The position numbers were made by a program, and so were the translations under genes. A stretch of DNA of 64,000 nt, taken from the IMG/VR virus record IMGVR_UViG_3300045988_051021; one strand, written 5' to 3'. The number at the start of each line of letters is the position of its first letter. The stretch's first letter is position 1. Below, piece by piece: positions 26,691 to 34,592 of the stretch. The notes beneath the pieces were generated by a model that saw nothing but the letters and a program-made list of their open reading frames with translations, had not been told where the DNA came from and did no database searches. The stretch is from a virus.

Positions 26691-27206
26691 GAATTTGTAA
26701 GACATAGAGTGTTTAGTTTTGCTCAGGAGAGTACTAGATACTGTAACTATAGTAAGGATAAGTTTGGTAAGGAATGTACATTCATTATTCCTTCTTGGTT
26801 AGATGTTCCAGAAGGGGAAGCATACTTCCACGATGGTATAAACTTTAGAGTTGGGGCTAATGAAGAAGATATATTTGGAGAATCTGTAAATCCAAGGGCT
26901 TGGACTAGGAGCAACGATTGGAAAGAGGTTGATTCATTCTTACGTGCTTTAGAAGTCGCTGAAAACCAATACTTTGATTTACTAAACTTAGGGTGGATTG
27001 CACAACAAGCTAGAGCAGTTCTTCCTAATAGTTTAAAGACTGAGTTAATTATGACTGGTACTATTGAGCAATGGGAAGGATTCTTTAAACTGAGGTGCGC
27101 AAAGGATGCTCATCCTCAAGCTAGGGAGTTGGCAGTACCTCTGTATGAAGAGTTCGTCAAACGAGGATATATTACTGCACGAATATCTAAGGAGATATTA
27201 TGCTAA
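26691..27206 (+). CDS. thyX: FAD-dependent thymidylate synthase ThyX, exon 2
   Basis: Begins EFVRHRVFSFAQESTRY, the ThyX signature RHRxxSxxxxSxR; the in-frame ATG at 26688 is an intron-end artefact of ORF calling. Confidence 0.85.
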   Translation, partial: EFVRHRVFSFAQESTRYCNYSKDKFGKECTFIIPSWLDVPEGEAYFHDGINFRVGANEEDIFGESVNPRAWTRSNDWKEVDSFLRALEVAENQYFDLLNLGWIAQQARAVLPNSLKTELIMTGTIEQWEGFFKLRCAKDAHPQARELAVPLYEEFVKRGYITARISKEILC

Positions 27207-27358
27207 CAATACAAGTACTAATAGAGTATCCAGACCCAATGGATAACTGTCTACCTCCTCAAATCTACATCAGAGAATGGAGAGAGGTAGAAATTACTCC
27301 AGAAGAATGGTACAGAGTACTTGCTAATCCTATTGGACACCATTATTACAGAGTATAA
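27200..27358 (+). CDS. hypothetical small protein (52 aa, below ORF-track cutoff)
   Basis: ATG at 27200 overlaps the thyX end; read by hand as MLTIQVLIEYPDPMDNCLPPQIYIREWREVEITPEEWYRVLANPIGHHYYRV; fills a gap. Confidence 0.3.
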   Translation: MLTIQVLIEYPDPMDNCLPPQIYIREWREVEITPEEWYRVLANPIGHHYYRV

Positions 27359-27362
27359 CATT

Positions 27363-27602
27363 ATGAAAATTAATTACACATCTGGATGTATCTGCGATAG
27401 TTTAACTATTGACGGTAAAGAATCCGCTGATTTATCTCCGAAAGTTATTAAAGATGCTATAGTAAAGGCATTGGAGAAGATTGACGATATGGCAACTCTT
27501 CAAGACATCTTGACAACTGTAGCTGAGACTGGAGAGTATGAAGATTTGGGACATTGTGAACAGTGCGGAGATTGGATAACCTCCTATACTCTTGAAATTT
27601 GA
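27363..27602 (+). CDS. hypothetical protein
   Basis: The track start 27321 is TTG; the first ATG is at 27363 (MKINYTSG...); C-terminal CEQCGDW. Confidence 0.5.
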   Translation: MKINYTSGCICDSLTIDGKESADLSPKVIKDAIVKALEKIDDMATLQDILTTVAETGEYEDLGHCEQCGDWITSYTLEI

Positions 27603-27603
27603 T

Positions 27604-28290
27604 ATGAAGGCTGAGGAGTACTTTGGTGACTGGATTGATGTTATTGATAAAGAGGAATTACGAAGAGTAGTAACTTGGGTCAATAAGATTAATTCAGCTA
27701 ATCTGTGTCCTTCTCCTAAGAACATCTTTAGAGCATTTAGGGCTTGCTCATTTAAGGACTGCAAGGTGGTCTTTCTTGGGCAAGACCCTTACCCTCAAAG
27801 AGGAGTAGCTACTGGAATACTGTTTGGTAATTCAGAGGATACTTCTGAGGAGTATCTATCTCCTTCACTTAAAGTAGTTAAAGAGGCAGCTATTAATTAT
27901 GAAATTCCCCATAACCTTATAGAGTTTGACAATACGTTAGAGTCTTGGGCTGAGCAGGGAATATTAATGATTAATACAGCCCTTACTTGTGAGGTAGGCA
28001 GAGTTGGAGCACACTTTGATATATGGAAACCATTTGTATCTAAGTTGATTCACAACATGAGCTATAAAGATGGAGGTATGATTTATGTTTTATTTGGCAG
28101 CCAAGCTGGGTTATTTAAGAATGATATAGTGAATAGCTTAAAGACAATCGAAGTATATCATCCAGCATATTATGCTAGGACTGGTAAGAAGATGCCTAGT
28201 AGTGTATTTACTGACATCAATCAGGCGTTGAAGCAGCAGTATAACTATCAAATAGAATTTTATAAGGAGACGGAATATGGAACGTGCTAA
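27604..28290 (+). CDS. uracil-DNA glycosylase, family-1-like variant
   Basis: VVFLGQDPYPQRGVATGILFGN (GQDPY water-activating loop) and C-terminal YHPAYYA in the position of HPSPLS. The track start 27592 is TTG; ATG is at 27604. Confidence 0.8.
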   Translation: MKAEEYFGDWIDVIDKEELRRVVTWVNKINSANLCPSPKNIFRAFRACSFKDCKVVFLGQDPYPQRGVATGILFGNSEDTSEEYLSPSLKVVKEAAINYEIPHNLIEFDNTLESWAEQGILMINTALTCEVGRVGAHFDIWKPFVSKLIHNMSYKDGGMIYVLFGSQAGLFKNDIVNSLKTIEVYHPAYYARTGKKMPSSVFTDINQALKQQYNYQIEFYKETEYGTC

Positions 28291-28483
28291 TAGAAAATCA
28301 GTAAATGATAATTTACGCAAGTATGACCATTTAGCTAAGAAGGATGACTTTATTGAAGTTACTGAATGGACTAATGGTGAAGGTTGGGATATTACTATAA
28401 ATGATAGGGTAATCCCACTAACTCGTGGTGAATTGGATGCTATTGATTATCTAACTAAAGGTTTAGATTATGATAACGATTAA
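28277..28483 (+). CDS. hypothetical protein
   Basis: 68-aa ORF. Confidence 0.5.
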   Translation: MERANRKSVNDNLRKYDHLAKKDDFIEVTEWTNGEGWDITINDRVIPLTRGELDAIDYLTKGLDYDND

Positions 28484-28495
28484 TAATTGTAAAAG

Positions 28496-29146
28496 ATGAA
28501 AGAACAGAAGTTTGAATTTAGTGCTAAGAACACTTTCTTTACCTCTGACACTCACTTTGGTCATGCTAATATCATAAGATTGTGCAATAGACCATTTAAG
28601 GATGTTGAGGAAATGAATGAAAAGTTAGTTGAGAACTGGAATAGAGTAGTCCCAGAGGATGGTACAGTCTTCCACTTAGGAGATTTTGCCTTTGGTGGAA
28701 GTGCTCTATGGAACAGCATCATCCCTCGTCTGAATGGACAAATCTACTTGATTATAGGTAATCATGATAGAAAGAATCTAAGACAGGGTTATATGGATAA
28801 GTTTGTTGGGGTGTTACCACAAATGCAAATCCAGATAGAGAAGAGAAGTATCTATTTGAATCATTACCCATTCCTGTGCTATGGTGGTTCATATCGTAAC
28901 GATGCTGATGCTGTATGGCAGTTATTCGGTCATGTTCACTCTGGTCCGACTAGTTCTGGATTGGATTGTGATAGGTTAGTTCATCTATTCCCCTATCAAT
29001 ATGATGTAGGTGTAGATAACAACAACTATACTCCAATCTCTTGGACTGAGGTAAAGGAGAAGATTCAGCACCAAATAGATGAAGGAGTAGAGAAATCTGT
29101 TAAGGAACACACCATTCCTGACGAAGTGTATAAACTAAGTGACTAA
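28496..29146 (+). CDS. calcineurin-like metallophosphoesterase
   Basis: TSDTHFGH, HLGDF, GNHD, GHVH in canonical order. Confidence 0.8.
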   Translation: MKEQKFEFSAKNTFFTSDTHFGHANIIRLCNRPFKDVEEMNEKLVENWNRVVPEDGTVFHLGDFAFGGSALWNSIIPRLNGQIYLIIGNHDRKNLRQGYMDKFVGVLPQMQIQIEKRSIYLNHYPFLCYGGSYRNDADAVWQLFGHVHSGPTSSGLDCDRLVHLFPYQYDVGVDNNNYTPISWTEVKEKIQHQIDEGVEKSVKEHTIPDEVYKLSD

Positions 29147-29357
29147 AATATCTTTAGAAATTGACGGACGAGTATTCTCTATGGAGTTGCCTTATAATGA
29201 TGCAACTGCTGAGGAGCTAATTAAAGGATTCTGTACTCTAATGCATGGACAAACGTTTCTTATTTGCACCATCAAAGATGCCTTAAGAGATGCTGCTCAG
29301 GACTATAGAGAGGACATAGAATTAGGTTATGAACCCGAATACTCTAAGGAAGATTAA
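29139..29357 (+). CDS. hypothetical protein
   Basis: 72-aa ORF with GTG start overlapping the upstream stop. Confidence 0.45.
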   Translation: MTKISLEIDGRVFSMELPYNDATAEELIKGFCTLMHGQTFLICTIKDALRDAAQDYREDIELGYEPEYSKED

Positions 29358-29652
29358 AAGGTTAGAAGCTGGTGAATCATTCATTACCAGTGAACCAGGT
29401 AACTCAATGCTTCCATTATATAAAAGTAATGAGAAGCATTTGGTTACTCCTATTAAATGGGAAGATTGTAAAGTGGGTGATGTAGTATTCTGTAAAGTAA
29501 GAGGTTCATGTGTAACTCACAAGGTCTATGCAGTAGACAATGAGAAAGGTTGCTTAATAGGCAACAACAAGGGACACATGAATGGCTGGACTAAGAATGT
29601 CTATGGACTTGCCCACAAAATTGACCAATCACTAAAAACAAAGAAAGTTTGA
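29329..29652 (+). CDS. S24/S26-like peptidase-fold protein (weak)
   Basis: EPGNSMLPLY (GxSMxP Ser-nucleophile motif), VGDVVFCKV, THKVYAV (possible Lys base). Confidence 0.4.
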   Translation: MNPNTLRKIKRLEAGESFITSEPGNSMLPLYKSNEKHLVTPIKWEDCKVGDVVFCKVRGSCVTHKVYAVDNEKGCLIGNNKGHMNGWTKNVYGLAHKIDQSLKTKKV

Positions 29653-30344
29653 AAATTTGTGTAACATCTGACTTGCATGGTATTCTACCTAAGATAGAAG
29701 AACCTTGTGAAGTTGTACTGATATGTGGAGACATCATGCCGCTGCGTATGCAGAGGAACATTCCTCAAAGTGAAAAATGGTTAAAGACTACATTTGCTGA
29801 GTGGGTTAATAATCTCCCTTGTGAATCAGTTATCATGGTAGGAGGTAATCATGACTTCGCCTTAGCTAATATGTATAGGCAACCTCTAAAGATTAACTCA
29901 ATATTGAGTAATCCTACTAATGGTAAACTTGAGTTATTAGATAATGAAGCAACATCTGTTGTTAGTAAGGATGGTAAGGTATATGATATATGGGGAACTC
30001 CCTATTGTAAAATCTTCGGTAACTGGGCATATATGTATGAACCAGAGACCTTGATTAAAGCGTATGAATCTATGCCTCAGCATTGTGATATTGTTATATC
30101 TCACGATGCACCTAAGCTATGTGGTTTAGGTGTTATTCACCAGAGATTTGACAGAGAGGATGCTGGTAATCCTTGGTTAGCTGATGAAATGCTTCGTAAA
30201 CATCCTAGATATACATTCTGTGGACATATTCATAGTGGTGAGCATGAATTGCAAACCCTTGACGATATGAAGATGGCTAATGTATCTTTAGTAGATGAAA
30301 CTTACACTGAAACTTTTAAACCTTTATACCTCGATGTCGAATAA
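29649..30344 (+). CDS. calcineurin-like metallophosphoesterase
   Basis: TSDLHG, ICGDI, GGNHD, SHDAP, CGHIH; TTG start (TTGA overlap). Confidence 0.75.
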   Translation: MKICVTSDLHGILPKIEEPCEVVLICGDIMPLRMQRNIPQSEKWLKTTFAEWVNNLPCESVIMVGGNHDFALANMYRQPLKINSILSNPTNGKLELLDNEATSVVSKDGKVYDIWGTPYCKIFGNWAYMYEPETLIKAYESMPQHCDIVISHDAPKLCGLGVIHQRFDREDAGNPWLADEMLRKHPRYTFCGHIHSGEHELQTLDDMKMANVSLVDETYTETFKPLYLDVE

Positions 30345-30543
30345 TAAAGTTGTAGTACAAGGAGGAGTTGGATTCCCTGGATTGTTGTTTATAGTACTGT
30401 TAGTTTGTAAACTATTTGGTGCTAACATAACATGGTTCTGGGTATTTGCTCCATTATGGATTCCACTTGCATTAATAGCAGGATTCTTTGTTGTATCAAT
30501 TCTAATTGCAATACTTGTAGCATGGAAAAGAAAACTACTTTAG
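30334..30543 (+). CDS. small membrane protein (two TM segments)
   Basis: 69 aa from the ATG at 30334; FPGLLFIVLLVCKLF and WIPLALIAGFFVVSILIAILVAW hydrophobic stretches. Confidence 0.5.
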   Translation: MSNNKVVVQGGVGFPGLLFIVLLVCKLFGANITWFWVFAPLWIPLALIAGFFVVSILIAILVAWKRKLL

Positions 30544-31106
30544 TAGTTGTGGACTTCCAGTATGACTTCTGTCTACTGGGAGCACCACTCTACGTTCCTG
30601 GGTCTGATAAGGCTCTGTGGAACATTTCTCATTTAATTGAGAATAAGAAAGTTGATAGAGTGATATTCACTGCTGATTGGCATCTAGCTAACCACTGTTC
30701 ATTTAAAAGGAATGGTGGTGAATGGAACGACCATTGTATGCAGTTCTCTAAAGGAGCAGCTATACATGATTTGTTATTGTATGGTTGTGTGGGTGCTGGT
30801 ATACCTTATGAAGTACTCACTAAAGGAACTTTATCCAGTTCTGAAGAATACGGGGTTAAGGTAGCTCCTGCTACTATAAGGGTTAACTATCATACTATCT
30901 ATAGCCATTCTATGGGTATTGATATTAACCCAGACGAGCAGGTAGTGGTATGTGGATTAGCAGGTGATTATTGTGTTCTTGAAACCTTAAAGAACCTGGA
31001 ACCAATCAAACCTATGGTATATCTTGATGGTATAGCATCTCTGGATGGTGGCATAAAATTAACTGATTATATCGAAAGTAATAACACAAGATTATTTGAA
31101 CTATGA
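30522..31106 (+). CDS. pncA: nicotinamidase (isochorismatase family, PncA-like)
   Basis: LVVVDFQYDFC (catalytic Asp), FTADWHLANHCSF + WNDHC (metal site; compare E. coli QDWHPANHGSF / WPDHC), TKG (Lys), VCGLAGDYCV (catalytic Cys). The N-terminal extension in the track is the other frame of the membrane gene. Confidence 0.9.
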   Translation: MEKKTTLVVVDFQYDFCLLGAPLYVPGSDKALWNISHLIENKKVDRVIFTADWHLANHCSFKRNGGEWNDHCMQFSKGAAIHDLLLYGCVGAGIPYEVLTKGTLSSSEEYGVKVAPATIRVNYHTIYSHSMGIDINPDEQVVVCGLAGDYCVLETLKNLEPIKPMVYLDGIASLDGGIKLTDYIESNNTRLFEL

Positions 31107-32266
31107 TTGTAAAATCAATCCTTGATACGGACTTGTATAAGTTTACAACTTCGTATGCTTACATGAAACTATTCCCTCATGCAATAGGGACGTTTGAGTT
31201 CTTTGATAGGGACAACACAGAGTACACAGAAGAGTTTGTTCAACAATTATGGATAGAAATATCTAACTTCTGTTCTCTAAAATTAACTCACGATGAACAA
31301 GACTATATGACGACACATTGTCGTTTCATTCCTCCCATGTATTGGGAATGGTTAAGTGGAATTAGACTCAGTGCTGGTAAGGTGCAGATATGGTTAGATG
31401 AAGATAAGCATCTCCATATTAAAGCTACTGATTACCTTTACAGAGTTACCCTGTATGAAGTACCAATCTTAGCAATAGTATCAGAGCTTCGTAATAGAAT
31501 GCTTAATAATACTATCAATATGACAGATGTTCTTATTAGACTAGAGCCTAAAATAGTTCTATCTAATCAGAATCAAATGTTCTTCTCAGAATTTGGTACT
31601 CGTAGACGCTATTCATATAATGTCCAGGAAGCTATAGTAAAGAGCTTGAAAGATAGTGCAACCTATTGTACTGGCACTTCTAACTGTTACTTGGCAATGA
31701 AGTATGATATGCCTATGATGGGAACACACCCTCATGAGTGGTTTATGTTCCACGGTGCTATATATGGCTATAAACAAGCCAATTATATGGCATTGGAAGA
31801 CTGGGTAAGTGTATATGATGGCGATTTGGGTATTGCATTAAGTGATACTTATACTTCTGCTGTGTTCTTTAAGAATCTGTCTCGTAAGCAAGCAAAGCTG
31901 TTTGACGGTGTACGTCAAGATAGTGGAGATGAATTTAAGTTTGTAACAAGTGCTATTGCACGTTATAAAGAACTTGGAATTGACCCTACTACTAAGACAA
32001 TTATCTTTAGTAATGCCCTTACATTTGAGAAGGCTCTTGAAGTCCGAGAATATTGTAGAGGGCGTATCCGTTGTGCATTTGGTATTGGAACCAACCTCAC
32101 TAATGATACTGGACATAAACCCTCCAATATTGTTATGAAATTGACCTCTTGCCAAATGAATAAAAATCAACCTGTATTTAACTGTGTGAAACTGTCTGAT
32201 GATTTGGGTAAGCACACTGGTCTGGAACAAGAAGTGGAACATTGTATGAATGAACTAGGATTATGA
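31103..32266 (+). CDS. pncB: nicotinate phosphoribosyltransferase (PncB-like)
   Basis: ILDTDLYKFT, FSEFGTRRR, MMGTHPHEWF (phospho-His region; compare E. coli GTQAHEWF), GVRQDSGD, FGIGTNLT. At 387 aa it has PncB size rather than NAMPT size. Confidence 0.9.
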   Translation: MIVKSILDTDLYKFTTSYAYMKLFPHAIGTFEFFDRDNTEYTEEFVQQLWIEISNFCSLKLTHDEQDYMTTHCRFIPPMYWEWLSGIRLSAGKVQIWLDEDKHLHIKATDYLYRVTLYEVPILAIVSELRNRMLNNTINMTDVLIRLEPKIVLSNQNQMFFSEFGTRRRYSYNVQEAIVKSLKDSATYCTGTSNCYLAMKYDMPMMGTHPHEWFMFHGAIYGYKQANYMALEDWVSVYDGDLGIALSDTYTSAVFFKNLSRKQAKLFDGVRQDSGDEFKFVTSAIARYKELGIDPTTKTIIFSNALTFEKALEVREYCRGRIRCAFGIGTNLTNDTGHKPSNIVMKLTSCQMNKNQPVFNCVKLSDDLGKHTGLEQEVEHCMNELGL

Positions 32267-33147
32267 AAGAGTTAAATTATGAAAGAGTATTCAATATTCT
32301 CGTCAAAGAGACATCGAATTATATTACTAGGAATCGTCTTAATGCTATGGTTCTTGGGATTAGTGGTGGTATTGATTCAACTGTAGTGGCAGCTATCTGC
32401 CATGAAGTGAGTAAACAAACTGGCATTCCTCTAATAGGTAGAAGTCTACCTATTAAGAACAAGAATGACGAGTTTAGTGTATCGAAGTTAGTAGGAAATG
32501 CCTTCTGTGATGATTTTAAGGTAGTAAATCTTAGTTATATGTGCCAGCATGTAATCCAGGCTATTTATGATGGTGAAGGTACTCTTGGTACTCCTATCTC
32601 TAAGGGCAATATTCAGGCTAGACTTAGAATGATTTATCTCTACAATCTAGCAGGAATCAATAGAGGCTTAGTAATGGATACTGATAACCTTACTGAACAT
32701 AATCTCGGATTCTGGACTATTCATGGTGATGTAGGTGACTTTGACCCAATTCAAGGTCTATGGAAGACTGAAGTGTATGAATTAGCTAAGTGGCTAATAG
32801 GGTATTACTATGAGTGTGGGATAAAGAAAGAAGTGGATGCAGATGGCGCTAGGAAGATTTGTGATATGTGTGAGGCTATTAAAAAGTCAATGTCTCTTAC
32901 TCCTACTGATGGTCTTGGTATTAGTAATAGTGACTTAGACCAAATAGGAGCTAAGAGTTATTATGACGTTGATAGAGTATTACAGACTCTTACTTGTAAG
33001 GCTTCTCCAGAGAATAATAAACTACAAGACGAATTAACCGCTGAACTTGGTCCAGATGTTGTAGGTAAGATTACTGAACGGCGCTTCAAATCTAGGTTCA
33101 AGAGATTAGTTAGTCCTATCATAGTGCCAAGGGAAATGTATGATTGA
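32263..33147 (+). CDS. nadE: NH3-dependent NAD+ synthetase
   Basis: PP-loop VLGISGGIDST (SGGxDS at 32362-32379); 294 aa with no glutaminase domain. Confidence 0.9.
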   Translation: MKELNYERVFNILVKETSNYITRNRLNAMVLGISGGIDSTVVAAICHEVSKQTGIPLIGRSLPIKNKNDEFSVSKLVGNAFCDDFKVVNLSYMCQHVIQAIYDGEGTLGTPISKGNIQARLRMIYLYNLAGINRGLVMDTDNLTEHNLGFWTIHGDVGDFDPIQGLWKTEVYELAKWLIGYYYECGIKKEVDADGARKICDMCEAIKKSMSLTPTDGLGISNSDLDQIGAKSYYDVDRVLQTLTCKASPENNKLQDELTAELGPDVVGKITERRFKSRFKRLVSPIIVPREMYD

Positions 33148-33259
33148 CTTCTTAGAGCTAATTCTAGAATTAGTAAATGTTAAATCACGTAATGAGCTAG
33201 TAGCTCTGCTTGTTATAGGCGGAGTACTAGCCATTATCTATTATTTGTTTCTTATATGA
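33140..33259 (+). CDS. possible 39-aa single-TM peptide (below ORF-track cutoff)
   Basis: Read by hand as MIDFLELILELVNVKSRNELVALLVIGGVLAIIYYLFLI; ATG overlaps the nadE end and its TGA overlaps the next ATG (ATGA). Confidence 0.3.
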   Translation: MIDFLELILELVNVKSRNELVALLVIGGVLAIIYYLFLI

Positions 33260-33507
33260 AATTATATTATTTATTTTTGTTAGTAATGTTCCTTCTAATG
33301 GGTTGTACCAATTCATCTAACATTAGTGGTCCAGATGTTATAGGGACATCTAAGATGTATGGAGATGTGCATAGATACACCATTGATGAGCATGAGTATA
33401 TAAAAATGGGTAATGGCTTTACACACTCTGGTACTTGTAAGAAGTGCAAGAAGGAGTTGGAAAGCACCATCCGTAAAATAGTTAAGGAGGAACATTCACA
33501 ATGGTAG
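33256..33507 (+). CDS. putative lipoprotein
   Basis: Signal peptide with lipobox: MKLYYLFLLVMFLLMGC (L-M-G-C). Confidence 0.6.
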   Translation: MKLYYLFLLVMFLLMGCTNSSNISGPDVIGTSKMYGDVHRYTIDEHEYIKMGNGFTHSGTCKKCKKELESTIRKIVKEEHSQW

Positions 33508-34061
33508 GAGTATTCTTTGGGTCTTTTGACCCACCCCATATTGGTCATGTTAATATTGTCACAGCTGCACTTAATTCTGGTATTGTTGACAAGGTTATAG
33601 TAGTTCCAGCATATAAGAGTGTATGGAAGAATACTGAAACTAAGTGGGAGTATAGACTCACTATGGCTAAGGAAACCTTTGATAACATTCCTGGAGTAGT
33701 TGTGGATGGTATTGAATATCGTATCGCTAATGGAGAACCATTGCCTACTTATAAGACTATTGAAGCAATAAAAGAGATTTACGGTGAGTTTACTATCGTA
33801 ACATCTGCTGAGACTTATAAGGAGATTCCAAGGTGGCAGCATGGTGAAGAGATACTAAAGGACAATAAGTTCTTAGTAGTAGATGTAGCACACTTTAATA
33901 GTGAGGATATTCCACATGATGAAGTGAAAGTTATCTATGCTCCTGATATTACAATATGCTCTACAGCTATCAGAAAGTGGGTTGATGATGGTAGAATTAT
34001 ATTACCATTTGTAACAGATGAAGTAAATTCAATAATTAGAAAGCTTGGGTTATACAAATGA
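33501..34061 (+). CDS. nadD: nicotinate/nicotinamide mononucleotide adenylyltransferase (NadD-type)
   Basis: GSFDPPHIGH (GxFxPxHxGH, 33519-33548) and ICSTAIRKWV (ISSTxIR). Confidence 0.9.
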   Translation: MVGVFFGSFDPPHIGHVNIVTAALNSGIVDKVIVVPAYKSVWKNTETKWEYRLTMAKETFDNIPGVVVDGIEYRIANGEPLPTYKTIEAIKEIYGEFTIVTSAETYKEIPRWQHGEEILKDNKFLVVDVAHFNSEDIPHDEVKVIYAPDITICSTAIRKWVDDGRIILPFVTDEVNSIIRKLGLYK

Positions 34062-34591
34062 GTCAAATCTATGTTTCAGGTCCTTGGTCTTTTGCTTCTG
34101 GAGTACAGCAAGTAGTTAAGAGTATAAAGGCTAAATCTAAGGGAGATAAGGTAGTTTATAGTGAGAAAGGAACTGAATACCAGTTCTCTAAACTAGAACA
34201 ATCCGACTATGTCGTATTCGTGTTAGATGGATTTGCATGGCAACAGAGGTTAGAAAGTATTTCTAAGGGAATGCTCTCAGAACTTATATGGTGTATTAAT
34301 CATAGAGTACCAATGTTCTTAGCTTACAAATCAGCTAATGAGTTAGGCATATATGCAACTGAAATAGATGACAATTTAACCTTTAAGGGGATTGCAGGCA
34401 CTGCTGACAACTTCTACCAGATTATAAACAATCAGTTTGGGACTATTGTAGCTCCAAATGATACTCCTGGGTTTGTTCTGAGTCACCAAGACACAGTATT
34501 AGGGAGTGATTGTGTATATTTGAAGGGGGAGTGGATAGCTGACCCATTAGATTTCCTTAATGTTGAACAACCAAAGAGTTACTTTTATTAA
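34058..34591 (+). CDS. hypothetical protein inside the NAD cluster (weak nucleoside 2-deoxyribosyltransferase-like pattern)
   Basis: IYVSGPWS ... SDYVVFVLDG ... SKGMLSELIWCINHRVPMFLAY loosely follows the NDT/Rcl-like Rossmann pattern (IYxAGP ... D-hhh ... GTxxE..A...gkPv); not robust. Confidence 0.5.
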   Translation: MSQIYVSGPWSFASGVQQVVKSIKAKSKGDKVVYSEKGTEYQFSKLEQSDYVVFVLDGFAWQQRLESISKGMLSELIWCINHRVPMFLAYKSANELGIYATEIDDNLTFKGIAGTADNFYQIINNQFGTIVAPNDTPGFVLSHQDTVLGSDCVYLKGEWIADPLDFLNVEQPKSYFY

Positions 34592-34592
34592 T

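Noticed and set aside
6502-29649. Longest-ORF starts in the track that use TTG/GTG and reach back into the preceding gene (6502, 9537, 14301, 16869, 17647, 24143, 24400, 24894, 25186, 27321, 27592)
   Set aside because: In each case an ATG lies at or just after the upstream stop codon, and family homology, where known, begins there. I used the ATG starts. Non-ATG starts were kept only where no ATG alternative exists (14875 TTG, 18429 GTG, 29139 GTG, 29649 TTG).
30432-30521. Cys-rich N-terminal extension of the PncA ORF in the track (MVLGICSIMDSTCINSRILCCINSNCNTCS)
   Set aside because: It looked like a Cys-rich peptide or zinc module, but it is the alternative frame of the two-TM membrane gene (30334-30543). 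PncA homology starts exactly at the internal ATG 30522 (MEKKTTLVVVDFQYDFC).
33267-33842. 191-aa minus-strand ORF, the longest antisense ORF in the track
   Set aside because: It lies antisense to the lipoprotein gene and to nadD, whose + strand translation carries unmistakable GxFxPxHxGH and ISSTxIR motifs. The antisense product is low-complexity (Leu/Ser/Ile/Asn-rich) with no motif. AT-rich genomes commonly give long antisense ORFs.
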